A stretch of 64,000 bases of DNA from a virus, in the UHGV virus genome UHGV-1383976. One strand, 5' to 3'. Below the pieces are notes generated by a model. The model was not told the DNA's origin. It was given only the letters and a program-made list of their open reading frames with translations, and did no database searches. Positions 9,553 through 17,956 of the stretch are shown in pieces (positions within the stretch are counted from its first letter, which is position 1; every line of letters starts with the position of its first letter). A program made the translations under genes and the position numbers.

Positions 9553-10110
9553 TTGAAAGGGGCGAGTGCTACGCGAATTGCAAAGAATTTAGATAACTAT
9601 GACTATACAAATCGGCTCAAAACCCGCAATCTTGATAATACTGATATGCTCGATTTCAACTGCGGTGGAGCCGCGCTAATGACGTTTGACGGATTTGTTC
9701 CTGACCATGAGCGTGATTCATATGAAGAAGGTATAGATGAAGATATCGAGGCCGGACTTGCGTCTTGGGAAATTATTGATAGGCTTCTTTGGCGTGATGT
9801 TGATGAGATGCTTCATCTATTTGCAGGACGTCTTCGATTGGCTGATGCGGGAGAACAACCACGAGAAAATGAACGTCTTATTGCGTATCGGGTAGCACTT
9901 TCTTATGAAAAAGATGGCGATACAGGCGCACCGTTTGATACCGACTTTCATTTCAAATATATGGATAGTGATGGGCAGTGGTATGAGAAAAGAGGGTTTT
10001 TCAATCCTATTGAGAAGTGCGATCTTTCTGCCGATTCAATTTGGGAATGTGGGCCTTTTTGCCCGCCTTATACATCAGATATTGTGTTTATGATGCTTAC
10101 GAAAATTTGA
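9553..10110 (+). CDS. hypothetical protein
   Basis: ORF; TTG start, weak RBS. Confidence 0.35.
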   Translation: MKGASATRIAKNLDNYDYTNRLKTRNLDNTDMLDFNCGGAALMTFDGFVPDHERDSYEEGIDEDIEAGLASWEIIDRLLWRDVDEMLHLFAGRLRLADAGEQPRENERLIAYRVALSYEKDGDTGAPFDTDFHFKYMDSDGQWYEKRGFFNPIEKCDLSADSIWECGPFCPPYTSDIVFMMLTKI

Positions 10111-10135
10111 TTTTCTTTCAGATTTTTTATATAAT
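10107..10135 (+). promoter_or_regulatory. family-A promoter
   Basis: TTGATT-17-TATAATATATATAGAAAG. Confidence 0.6.
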
Positions 10136-10168
10136 ATATATAGAAAGTTGAGAGAGAGGAGCTTGAAA

Positions 10169-10462
10169 ATGGCTAATCGTATAACCCCCGAACAGATAAA
10201 ACAAATCAATTTAGCTTATCTTTCGTGCCACACATATAGTGGTGCGGCAAAAGCAGCGGGTGTTAGCCCGTCAACAGCAAAGAAATATATCGATCCAAAT
10301 TTTCAAGCTCCGGATGCGAATATTGTAGCTAAAGTAGTAGAGCCGCTACCTATGAATACAATCAATCCGTTTGTGTGCGCGAGTGAAATTTTTGAAGCAA
10401 CTCAGTTATCTGACGCAGAAAAATCTGAAATGCCATTGTTTTGGAAGGAGATTTTGATATGA
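10169..10462 (+). CDS. hypothetical protein
   Basis: RBS gagagagga then ATG. Confidence 0.5.
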   Translation: MANRITPEQIKQINLAYLSCHTYSGAAKAAGVSPSTAKKYIDPNFQAPDANIVAKVVEPLPMNTINPFVCASEIFEATQLSDAEKSEMPLFWKEILI

Positions 10463-10740
10463 AAACTTGGTTTATGTATCGAGAGAATCCAGACGGGAAA
10501 TTTACAATAGTTCCTATTTATAAAAACTTTGGTGAAGATTGGAAAATAATGGGATCTTGGGCGGTGCTTCCCGCACGGCTGTTTGGATTGAGTTGGGCCG
10601 ACTATTTACGTTATTGTAGGCAGTGTGGCGCCGATGTGCGAGGTAAGACGCATCAGTATCCCATTATTGCGTGGAATGAAAAGAATAATGAATTTTTAAA
10701 TGAATTGAATAAACGCGCGAATCAGTTAATTAAAATTTGA
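10459..10740 (+). CDS. hypothetical protein
   Basis: RBS ggaaggag then ATG. Confidence 0.5.
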   Translation: MKTWFMYRENPDGKFTIVPIYKNFGEDWKIMGSWAVLPARLFGLSWADYLRYCRQCGADVRGKTHQYPIIAWNEKNNEFLNELNKRANQLIKI

Positions 10741-10765
10741 TTTTTCTAAAAAATTTGTATATAAT
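10737..10765 (+). promoter_or_regulatory. family-A promoter
   Basis: TTGATT-17-TATAAT. Confidence 0.6.
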
Positions 10766-10785
10766 ATATATACAAAATAAGAAAT

Positions 10786-10871
10786 GCGGGTGTGTCGGAA
10801 TGGGTAGACGATATGGACTTAAAATCCATTGGCGGGATGCTGTACGGGTTCGAGTCCCGTCACCCGTACCA
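10786..10871 (+). tRNA. tRNA-Leu(TAA), type II
   Basis: manual fold: anticodon arm atgga-cttaaaa-tccat; T-arm acggg-ttcgagt-cccgt; long variable arm; CCA encoded. Confidence 0.7.
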
Positions 10872-11054
10872 AATGATAATAAGTAGTGCAGTGAATTCTT
10901 CCTAAGCCAATGTGTATGGTAGGCCAATCAAGATAATTAGGGTTAAGTATTCATGGGTCATGCACGGCTCTGCTTATTATCATTACCAACTGTCGTTCTC
11001 AATAGCGACTTAGAAGCAATTCTCAAAAAGTATCAAAAAGAAAGGAGAAAAGGG

Positions 11055-11957
11055 ATGTCATTTTTCGTAAGGACAGCAACTGATCGGTATGGGGATACAA
11101 ATAGTTATCCTCGTTGGGGCAGAATAGTGGGATGCGCTATAGGAGCACTACTTGTTCTGATTATAATTCTCTCTTGTTTCACCAAAGTTCCTACTGGTAA
11201 TACTGGTATCGTCACTACATTTGGTAAGGTTGAGAATTATACGCTGGATTCAGGTTTTCATCTAAAGGCTCCATGGCAGAAGATAGTTAAGATGGATAAT
11301 CGCGTTCAGAAGCAGAGTATTGATTTGATGTGTTTTTCTTCTGATATTCAGGAAGTATCTATGACTTATACAATTAACTTCCAGATTAGTAAGAGTGATG
11401 CAATGACGATTTATTCTACCATCGGAACTCATTATTATGAAACCGTTATTATGCCTTGTATTACTGAGTCAGTTAAGACAGTTTGCGCACGATATACCGC
11501 TGAAGAGTTAGTGGGCATGAGAAGTGAACTTGCTTCAGCAATAGAGGCAGATCTTTCTGAGAAGCTAATTAATTACAACATAGAGCTTGTTTCTACCTCT
11601 GTTGAGAACATGGATTTTACTGATGTCTTTACTGATGCTGTTGAAGCAAAGCAGGTTGCAGCACAGAATAAGCTCACTGCACAGACTCGTGCCGAGCAGG
11701 AAGTTATTGAAGCCGAAGCGGCGGCTAAGGTTCAGGTAATTCAGGCACAGGCTGATGCAGATGCCATGGTTGCTAAGGCCCAAGCCGAGGCAGAAGCAAC
11801 TCGGATTCGTGCAGAAGCTGAAGCAGAAGCCAATGCAAAGGTCGCAGCGTCTCTAACAAATGCACTAATTGATTATACTTATGCGCAGCATTGGGATGGT
11901 AAGTATCCTACCTATTATGGTGGTAACGGTACAACTCCTGTTATCGATCTTAGATAA
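11055..11957 (+). CDS. SPFH/band-7 (prohibitin/HflK-like) membrane protein
   Basis: N-terminal TM, SPFH core, C-terminal Ala/Glu/Gln-rich coiled coil. Confidence 0.7.
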   Translation: MSFFVRTATDRYGDTNSYPRWGRIVGCAIGALLVLIIILSCFTKVPTGNTGIVTTFGKVENYTLDSGFHLKAPWQKIVKMDNRVQKQSIDLMCFSSDIQEVSMTYTINFQISKSDAMTIYSTIGTHYYETVIMPCITESVKTVCARYTAEELVGMRSELASAIEADLSEKLINYNIELVSTSVENMDFTDVFTDAVEAKQVAAQNKLTAQTRAEQEVIEAEAAAKVQVIQAQADADAMVAKAQAEAEATRIRAEAEAEANAKVAASLTNALIDYTYAQHWDGKYPTYYGGNGTTPVIDLR

Positions 11958-11995
11958 ATAAATGAGCTGGCATCTCAATAAACTGCCATTAATAT

Positions 11996-12071
11996 GCCCA
12001 GATAGCTCAGCAGGTAGAGCAGAGGATTGAAGATCCCCGTGTCGCTAGTTCGATTCTGGCTCTGGGCACCA
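11996..12071 (+). tRNA. tRNA-Phe(GAA)
   Basis: manual fold: acceptor gcccaga/tctgggc; anticodon loop ttGAAga; CCA. Confidence 0.65.
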
Positions 12072-12242
12072 TTTGGGATTGTTTACTGTTTCTTGTTCCC
12101 TTAATTGCAAAAGTGCATGAGTAGCAATTAAAAAACATCTAAGCGGCGTGTATCGTTGGTCATTCGAGGGCTATGTCAAGGCTTAAAAGACCACAGTCGA
12201 TTGGGGTTGGTAAACCTCCTGCGGGGAAGCTTCCATTATTAT

Positions 12243-12325
12243 GGGCGAGTGGTGGAACTGGTAGACACAGTAGCCTTAGGAGCTACCACTTCAGTGTAGG
12301 GGTTCGAGTCCCCTCCCGCCCACCA
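12243..12325 (+). tRNA. tRNA-Leu(TAG), type II
   Basis: anticodon arm gtagc-cttagga-gctac; T-arm agggg-ttcgagt-cccct. Confidence 0.65.
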
Positions 12326-12445
12326 TAAGTCTCCAAGAGGATGGATTCCGGCTAAACTACCACCGGCGCACAATGTGTGATATGTGGCTTTGTCATTTGT
12401 GGAGACTATAATAAATAAAAACGAAAGTAAGCCGTTTTGAAATAT

Positions 12446-12530
12446 GGGGGATTGGTGAAATAGGTAGACACGTGGCACTCAAAATGCTATGGCGAGAGCC
12501 GTATCAGTTCAAATCTGATATCCCCTACCA
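12446..12530 (+). tRNA. tRNA-Leu(CAA), type II
   Basis: anticodon arm tggca-ctcaaaa-tgcta; variable hairpin ggcgagagcc; T-arm atcag-ttcaaat-ctgat. Confidence 0.6.
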
Positions 12531-12553
12531 TTTACACAATAAAAGGAGATAAA

Positions 12554-13138
12554 ATGTCAAAGAATTTTTACATTAGTGACACCCATTTTGGACACGCTAA
12601 CATTCTGAGATTTGATAGACGCCCATTCAATTCTGTTGAAGAAATGAACGCCGCGCTCATCAAGAATTGGAATGACGCAGTTGACCCGAATGACAATATT
12701 TACATACTGGGCGATTTTTGCTGGGGCAAGTCTGATGAATGGATTGATATTTTGTCTCAGCTCCAAGGCAACAAATATCTTATTGCAGGCAACCATGACT
12801 TGCGTAATCCTCCTTCTACTGTGCGGCGGTTCTTTCAGGATTGGCGCGACTACAAAGAAATTTCTAACAACGATCGTAAGGTTATAATGTGTCATTATCC
12901 GATTCCATTTTACAAGTCAGATTACAACTCAAACACTTATATGTTATTTGGTCATTTGCATACAACATTTGAGAATGAATATCTGGAAAATTTGCGATAT
13001 CAAATAGAAAATGATCCTTATGAGCGGCCAGCCAAAAATCTTTGTCAGTTTTATAACGTCGGCTGTATGATGCCGTGGATGGACTATACACCGCGCACAT
13101 TGGATGAAATTGTAGATGGATTTGCTAAGTTCCATTGA
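12554..13138 (+). CDS. calcineurin-like metallophosphoesterase
   Basis: DTHFGH, GDF, GNHD motifs. Confidence 0.65.
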   Translation: MSKNFYISDTHFGHANILRFDRRPFNSVEEMNAALIKNWNDAVDPNDNIYILGDFCWGKSDEWIDILSQLQGNKYLIAGNHDLRNPPSTVRRFFQDWRDYKEISNNDRKVIMCHYPIPFYKSDYNSNTYMLFGHLHTTFENEYLENLRYQIENDPYERPAKNLCQFYNVGCMMPWMDYTPRTLDEIVDGFAKFH

Positions 13139-13150
13139 AGGGGAATAGGC

Positions 13151-13702
13151 ATGGCAGTAAATAAAGGATATTTAACAGCAAAAACAGATAAAGAGTCTGA
13201 TGAAGTATATACACCAGCATATGCTGTTCGACCTTTGGTTAAGTATTTGCGATTTTTTGAAAAAATAAAGGGGCATCCAATAAAAATTTGGTGTCCTTTT
13301 GATACGCAAAGCTCGCAATATGTTCAAGTGTTTAGAGAAGCTGGTTTTGAGGTTATTCACTCTCATATTGAGGAAGGGAAAAATTTCTTTTTCTACGAAC
13401 CCGATGAACGGTATGATATTATTATTTCGAATCCACCTTTTTCACAAAAGGACAATGTTTTGAAACGTTTGTTTGAGTTAAACAAGCCATATGCGATGTT
13501 ATTGCCAATTCCAGCCTTGCAAGGGCAAAAGCGTTTCCCTTATATAAAAGATGGACTACAATATCTTGGTTTTGATAAGAGAATTAATTATTATACTAAT
13601 GCAGATTTTTCTCAAGTGCAAAAAGGGGTTTCTTTTGGTTCTTGTTATTTGTGTAAGCAATTTCTTCCAAGAGATTTAATTCTTGAAGAGTTGGAAGCGT
13701 AA
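13151..13702 (+). CDS. phage Dam-like N6-adenine DNA methyltransferase
   Basis: DEVYTP and IIISNPPFSQ motifs. Confidence 0.6.
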   Translation: MAVNKGYLTAKTDKESDEVYTPAYAVRPLVKYLRFFEKIKGHPIKIWCPFDTQSSQYVQVFREAGFEVIHSHIEEGKNFFFYEPDERYDIIISNPPFSQKDNVLKRLFELNKPYAMLLPIPALQGQKRFPYIKDGLQYLGFDKRINYYTNADFSQVQKGVSFGSCYLCKQFLPRDLILEELEA

Positions 13703-13707
13703 AAAAT

Positions 13708-13795
13708 GCGGGATGAACTCAGACGGCTCTGAAACCGGTCTTGAAAACCGTGGGCAGGCAAAACCTGTGGGGATCGACACCTCCGTCCCGCGCCA
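13708..13795 (+). tRNA. tRNA-Ser(TGA)-like, type II
   Basis: acceptor gcgggat/gtcccgc; anticodon cggt-cttgaaa-accg; non-canonical T-arm (tgggg-atcgaca-cctcc). Confidence 0.5.
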
Positions 13796-13799
13796 ATAT

Positions 13800-13885
13800 G
13801 CGGAGTAAATTTAGAAGGTCTAAAGCTCCCCTGCTAAGGGATGCGTGGTGAAAACCATGGGGTTCGCGTCCTCTGCTCCGCGCCA
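13800..13885 (+). tRNA. tRNA-Ser(GCT)-like, type II
   Basis: acceptor gcggagt/gctccgc; anticodon tccc-ctgctaa-ggga; T-loop lacks A58. Confidence 0.45.
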
Positions 13886-13973
13886 GCCCCATCTTCAGTT
13901 CTATAGCTGGTGAAGATGGATAGGCGATGAAGTATAGCAATAATATGGCATGAGAACTATGATAGTGTTTCAT

Positions 13974-14061
13974 GAGAGCGTAACTCAGTCGGTAGAGTTT
14001 TATAGCGTGAAGGGATATGCTATTGAATGCCCTTAGTCGCCAGTTCGAATCTGGCCGCTCT
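13974..14061 (+). ncRNA. tRNA-like element with aberrant anticodon region
   Basis: good acceptor (gagagcg/cgctctc), D-arm (tagagtt), and T-arm (gccag-ttcgaat-ctggc); ~17 extra nt where the anticodon arm should be. Confidence 0.4.
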
Positions 14062-14091
14062 CATTAAAAATATATATGAAGAGGAATAGTT

Positions 14092-14346
14092 ATGGCAATT
14101 AATATCATTAGTAAAGGAATAGATTTAAATAATCCTACCTATGAAACACAGTGTCCTCATTGTAAATGTGTGTTTACCTATCAAGATTCTGATACTACTC
14201 AAAAACCTACTGGTAGATATTATAAAGATTTTGAGGAGTATTTCATTAAGATGGATGATTGCAATAGGAAAGAAATTGCTGTGTATATTGATTGCCCTTG
14301 GTGCCATGAAAGAAACCATGTGAAAGATAAATATGTAAAAATATAA
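14092..14346 (+). CDS. small zinc-finger protein
   Basis: CPHCKC...CPWCHE. Confidence 0.5.
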   Translation: MAINIISKGIDLNNPTYETQCPHCKCVFTYQDSDTTQKPTGRYYKDFEEYFIKMDDCNRKEIAVYIDCPWCHERNHVKDKYVKI

Positions 14347-14385
14347 TAAATGGCTCAGTAGCTCAGAGGCAGAGCGTGCGGCTGT

Positions 14386-14852
14386 TTACTTGACCTTATC
14401 ATTCTTTATGAAAAAGATAATGAATAGTAAGCAAAAAGGAAACATTACAGAACTTGAAACAATGTTAGCATTTCTAAAACTTGGTTATAATGTTTTAACT
14501 CCATATGGAGATTGTGAGAGATATGACTTTGTTGTAGATGTTAATGGAAAATTTATTCGAGTTCAAGCTAAAACATCAAATACTGAAGATGATGGTGCAT
14601 CATTTAAATTTTCTTGTAGAAGTTGCAATAGAAAAGATGGTAAAATTGTGCATCATATATATTTAAGCGAAGAAATTGATTACTTCGTAACTACTTTTAA
14701 TGGAAAATGTTATTTAATTCCAGTTGAAGAGTGCGGAGCTGATAAAAGACTTCGTATTCTTCCAACAAAAAATGGACAGGTAAGAGGTATTACTTGGGCA
14801 AAAGATTATGAATTGGAGGAAGTAGTAAAGAATTGGTAAGCTGATGTGTAAG
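14386..14852 (+). mobile_element. insertion (candidate intron or homing-endonuclease cassette) in the tRNA anticodon loop
   Basis: flanked by a U (5') and a G (3') if the anticodon is GTC; ORF fills almost the entire insert. Confidence 0.45.
14408..14839 (+). CDS. Vsr/DUF559-like PD-(D/E)XK nuclease (putative homing endonuclease)
   Basis: ERYDFVVDVNGKFIRVQAK motif; located inside the tRNA; ATG preceded by an AT-rich leader. Confidence 0.5.
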   Translation: MKKIMNSKQKGNITELETMLAFLKLGYNVLTPYGDCERYDFVVDVNGKFIRVQAKTSNTEDDGASFKFSCRSCNRKDGKIVHHIYLSEEIDYFVTTFNGKCYLIPVEECGADKRLRILPTKNGQVRGITWAKDYELEEVVKNW

Positions 14853-14899
14853 CAACCGCAAGGTCGAGATATCGTAATTCTCCTGAGCCTCCATATTAT

Positions 14900-14975
14900 G
14901 CGCCATTAGCTCAGTTGGTAGAGCATGGCACTTTTAATGCTGGGGTCTGCGGTTCAAGTCCGCAATGGCGCACCA
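14900..14975 (+). tRNA. tRNA-Lys(TTT)
   Basis: acceptor gcgccat/atggcgc; anticodon loop ctTTTaa; T-arm tgcgg-ttcaagt-ccgca; CCA. Confidence 0.7.
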
Positions 14976-14995
14976 TAAATTTTGGAGGAAGTAAA

Positions 14996-15256
14996 ATGAA
15001 GCTGACAGAGAAAGGGACAATTGTATTTGCCGCTGCGTTAGAGCATTGTCCCAATGAACCTTTTACAGCGGCCAGTTTATCAACAAAGTGTGGCCTTCCT
15101 ATTTCTGCAGCTACACTCAATGGTATCACCAATCAGGGACTTATGACTCGACTTGGCGGTTCGCCCGTTAAGTTTGAGTTAGTTTCTAACGCGAAAGACT
15201 TGTATAACAAGGCGCGCGAAGGCAAATCGGCGAATGAAAATTTAAATAAAGCGTAG
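14996..15256 (+). CDS. hypothetical protein
   Basis: RBS ggagg + ATG; ends with TAG, in frame with the downstream Dam-like ORF. Confidence 0.45.
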   Translation: MKLTEKGTIVFAAALEHCPNEPFTAASLSTKCGLPISAATLNGITNQGLMTRLGGSPVKFELVSNAKDLYNKAREGKSANENLNKA

Positions 15257-15322
15257 GTTGCGAAAAATGATGAGTTTTATACTCAATATCAAGACATTGA
15301 AAAAGAGATTCTGCAGTATGAC

Positions 15323-16099
15323 TTGCGTGGTAAAAAGGTTTTATGTAATTGTAATGATGGTTTGACAAGTGAGTTCTTAAATTATTTTGTCAATAATTTT
15401 GATTGTCTTGAACTTGATGAACTTGTTTGTTTGACTTATAATAAAGATGGAAAGGCATATAAGTATACCAAGCGTCCTAAAGTTGACCTTATGGTTGAAC
15501 CACTCATCGGTTCTGGTGCATTTGATTCACAGGAAGGCCGAGATGCTCTTGCCGCTTGTGATATTGTTATAACAAATCCTCCCTTTAGTCAATTTCGAGA
15601 TTTTGTCAATTTGATTTTGTCTTACAAAAAAGATTTTTTGATAATTGGCAGTAAAAATGCTATTACCTACAAAGAATTTTTTCCACTTTTAATGAGTGGT
15701 AAAGTTCATATTGGCAATTTCAATGTTTCTACTTTTAAACAGCCAGATGGTACTGATAAAAAATTTGGTAATATCGGTTGGTTTACGACTCTTTCTGTTG
15801 TAAAAGCGGCACAACCAATTCCTTTAACAGCAACCTATGATCCGCAAAATTATCCTACTTATGATAACTTCCGTGCAATTGAAGTAAGTCGCACAGCTAA
15901 TATTCCTAAGGACTATGATGGCGTAATGGGGGTTCCTATTTCATTTCTGGACAAATTTTGTCCTACTCAATTTAAAATTGTTGGATGGAGTCGTCATAAT
16001 GACGAAGGAATGGATGGCGGATACTGGACGGGTGGTTGTGCTGATGCTACTATAAATGGTAAGCAAGTTTATCGCAGAATTTTGATTCAGAAAATTTGA
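15323..16099 (+). CDS. Dam-like N6-adenine MTase paralog (start uncertain)
   Basis: IVITNPPFSQ motif; the homologous DEFYTQ motif lies upstream (15269–15286) in frame, right after the TAG. Confidence 0.5.
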   Translation: MRGKKVLCNCNDGLTSEFLNYFVNNFDCLELDELVCLTYNKDGKAYKYTKRPKVDLMVEPLIGSGAFDSQEGRDALAACDIVITNPPFSQFRDFVNLILSYKKDFLIIGSKNAITYKEFFPLLMSGKVHIGNFNVSTFKQPDGTDKKFGNIGWFTTLSVVKAAQPIPLTATYDPQNYPTYDNFRAIEVSRTANIPKDYDGVMGVPISFLDKFCPTQFKIVGWSRHNDEGMDGGYWTGGCADATINGKQVYRRILIQKI

Positions 16100-16124
16100 T
16101 TTTTATTAAAATTTTCGATATAAT
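16096..16124 (+). promoter_or_regulatory. family-A promoter
   Basis: TTGATT-17-TATAATATATATAGAAAG. Confidence 0.6.
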
Positions 16125-16339
16125 ATATATAGAAAGTTGAGAGAGAAACTTCCAGAGGTTGCGAATTAGCTATTCAATACAAAATCTCTCAAAATGATAA
16201 GGTTTTCGGTGTTTTACTTATCGGTTTTCTATGCAAAATGGTTCTAACAAGCCAGCGTGCGCGCGAGTAAAAGTTGTTAATAAGCGGTTGGCATACGTGA
16301 TAAGCCGTTGCCCCAGCGAGAAGATTTAATAAATCTTCT

Positions 16340-16699
16340 TTGTTGGTGGTGTTTAATAAAAATGCGTCAGTAGCAACCCAGTGGTATGATTTGATTATAG
16401 AAAAAGATGATAAATTTGAAACAGTACAATGTAAGTGTACTGGTTCTCAGAACAACGTCATTAGTCTAAAGTCTTGTGGCGGTACAAAAGGTGAAGCTTA
16501 TGACAATGTTCTTAATCATTCTGGGCTTGATAAATTATTTTGCGTGGATATAAATGGTAATATGTACGTGATCCCGATGTCAGAGGTTGTGGCATCTGGA
16601 AATACTAAGCAAATTACTTTACGTACTGAACCCACAGCAAATAATCAAGGTTTTCAAACTCATAAATTTCGAGTTCAATTCTCGTTTCAAGCGTCGTAA
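16340..16699 (+). CDS. hypothetical protein
   Basis: ORF with TTG/GTG starts only. Confidence 0.3.
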   Translation: MLVVFNKNASVATQWYDLIIEKDDKFETVQCKCTGSQNNVISLKSCGGTKGEAYDNVLNHSGLDKLFCVDINGNMYVIPMSEVVASGNTKQITLRTEPTANNQGFQTHKFRVQFSFQAS

Positions 16700-16750
16700 A
16701 CCCGTTTCCTTCGAGAGTAACTGGATCGACACCAGTCTGACGCACCATTT

Positions 16751-16824
16751 CGGGAATGTGGTGTAATGGTAGCACACTTGATTTGGGGTCAAGGAGAGTG
16801 GTTCGAATCCAACATTTCCGACCA
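16751..16824 (+). tRNA. tRNA-Pro(TGG)
   Basis: anticodon arm cttga-tttgggg-tcaag; T-loop ttcgaat; CCA. Confidence 0.6.
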
Positions 16825-16828
16825 AGAT

Positions 16829-16915
16829 GCTGAGTTCCCATAGTGGTCGATTGGAGCGGTCTTGTAAGCCGCAGACTTCGTGTCCGCATCAGTTCGAATC
16901 TGATACTCAGCTCCA
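16829..16915 (+). tRNA. tRNA (anticodon TGT, long variable arm; Thr-like/atypical)
   Basis: acceptor gctgagt/actcagc; anticodon gcggt-cttgtaa-gccgc; 15-nt variable arm; T-arm atcag-ttcgaat-ctgat. Confidence 0.5.
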
Positions 16916-16919
16916 CTAT

Positions 16920-16995
16920 AAGGGAGTAGCCCAATAGGTAAGGCAGCAGTCTCCAAAACTGAAGATTAAAGGTTCGAGTCCTTTCTCTCTTGCCA
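16920..16995 (+). tRNA. tRNA-Trp(CCA)
   Basis: anticodon loop ctCCAaa; T-arm aaagg-ttcgagt-ccttt; CCA. Confidence 0.6.
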
Positions 16996-17029
16996 ATAAT
17001 TTCATTTTTCAAATTTCCTTTCTTAAAAT

Positions 17030-17059
17030 TTGACTTTTTCAAAAAATCTTGATATAATA
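17030..17059 (+). promoter_or_regulatory. family-A promoter driving the noncoding region
   Basis: TTGACT-18-TATAAT; downstream transcript is ORF-free. Confidence 0.55.
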
Positions 17060-17079
17060 TATACATAAGATAAAGAAAA

Positions 17080-17805
17080 GAAAAAGTCAAAAGGAGGACA
17101 ATGCTAGTGCCACCTACACGTGGTGTCCTCTGTTTTCGCTAAGAGCGCTGGCATATATCCAATTAAATAATACTAACTCAGTGAAGACGGAATTCGATGT
17201 TCCGGCTGAGAAATTCCAGCTAGCACAGCAGAAACGAAACAAGGATACTTGTGGATACTGGACTGAGAGGCCATCGAGAGATGAGCCGAAGTAGAGCGGT
17301 CGCTCAAGTGGGAAGAAGAGCAGGAATTGTGCTGAGTGAATCGCAAGCAAACGCAGCCGTGGAGTGGCGAGCGCAATAGACAGCTTGGTGAATAGCCAAG
17401 CCGAACCCAAGTTAGGTCTTAGTTGGTGCCTGTGGCAATCCTTGGGAAAACCAATAAGCTCGTTCCGTTGAGACGACAGGGAATGTGAAATCTGTCTTTG
17501 ACACTCTACAGCATCCGAGTAGCGGAACACAACGGGGACTTATAGAAAAGATGGTCAGTAATAATAGAAATTGCTATTTTATCTTTCTGAACATCCCGTG
17601 AAAGGTAGAGGTAATCAACCCTCTGGCGGATTAGGCGACATTAGACACTTGGGCTATCCAAGAGTAACAAGTCAATGTTGTTGCTGGGGTAAGAAGTGTA
17701 TGGGCGACGGCCTGTATGCTCAGACTTATCTCCCGCGTGGCAGAATATGCTTGAAGGTTTATCGAGGTAGGGCGAAGGCCCAGTAATATTTAGTTGGATT
17801 TATAT
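17080..17805 (+). ncRNA. candidate large structured ncRNA (~700 nt, GC-rich, ORF-free)
   Basis: no credible ORF on either strand; GC content clearly above flanks; promoter upstream; tRNAs on both sides. Confidence 0.45.
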
Positions 17806-17806
17806 G

Positions 17807-17878
17807 GCAGGACGAGAAGGTTCTCCATTTGGCCTCATAAGCCAGATTTCGTGGGTTCGATTCCCACTCCTGCATCCA
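17807..17878 (+). tRNA. tRNA-Met(CAT)-like (short D-arm)
   Basis: anticodon ttggc-ctcataa-gccag; T-arm gtggg-ttcgatt-cccac; CCA; 4-nt D-loop. Confidence 0.45.
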
Positions 17879-17881
17879 TAT

Positions 17882-17956
17882 GTCGTATTGGTGTTAGTGG
17901 CAGCACGATAGCCTTCCAAGCTATATGGAGGAGTTCGAGTCTCCTATACGACTCCA
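17882..17956 (+). tRNA. tRNA-Gly(TCC)
   Basis: acceptor gtcgtat/atacgac; anticodon atagc-cttccaa-gctat; CCA. Confidence 0.65.

Larger units (their letters stand above)
14352..14893 (+). tRNA. split tRNA (Asp-GTC or Asn-GTT), interrupted in the anticodon loop by a 467-bp insertion
   Basis: 5' half ggctcag-ta-gctcagaggcagagc-g-tgcgg-ctgt(t)...; 3' half ...ccgca-aggt-T-arm-ctgagcc-t-cca; acceptor and anticodon stems complement each other across the insert. Confidence 0.6.

Noticed and set aside
12239-12478. ORF 12239..12478(-) and similar ORFs 13719..13973(-), 14911..15132(-), 16614..17090(-), 16619..16825(-)
   Set aside because: They overlap tRNA genes on the opposite strand; they are artefacts of GC-rich tRNA sequence.
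14996-16099. Genome-wide stop-codon reassignment (TAG readthrough) suggested by the TAG-separated in-frame ORF pair
   Set aside because: All long late genes (tail fibres, RtcB, helicase, lysin) are uninterrupted by in-frame stops. A single local event or a pseudogene is more likely than recoding.
17114-17786. ORFs 17114..17530(-), 17173..17376(-), 17571..17786(+) inside GC-rich block 1
   Set aside because: No RBS, and codon usage unlike the phage genes. The region is better explained as structured RNA. Flagged instead as an ncRNA candidate.
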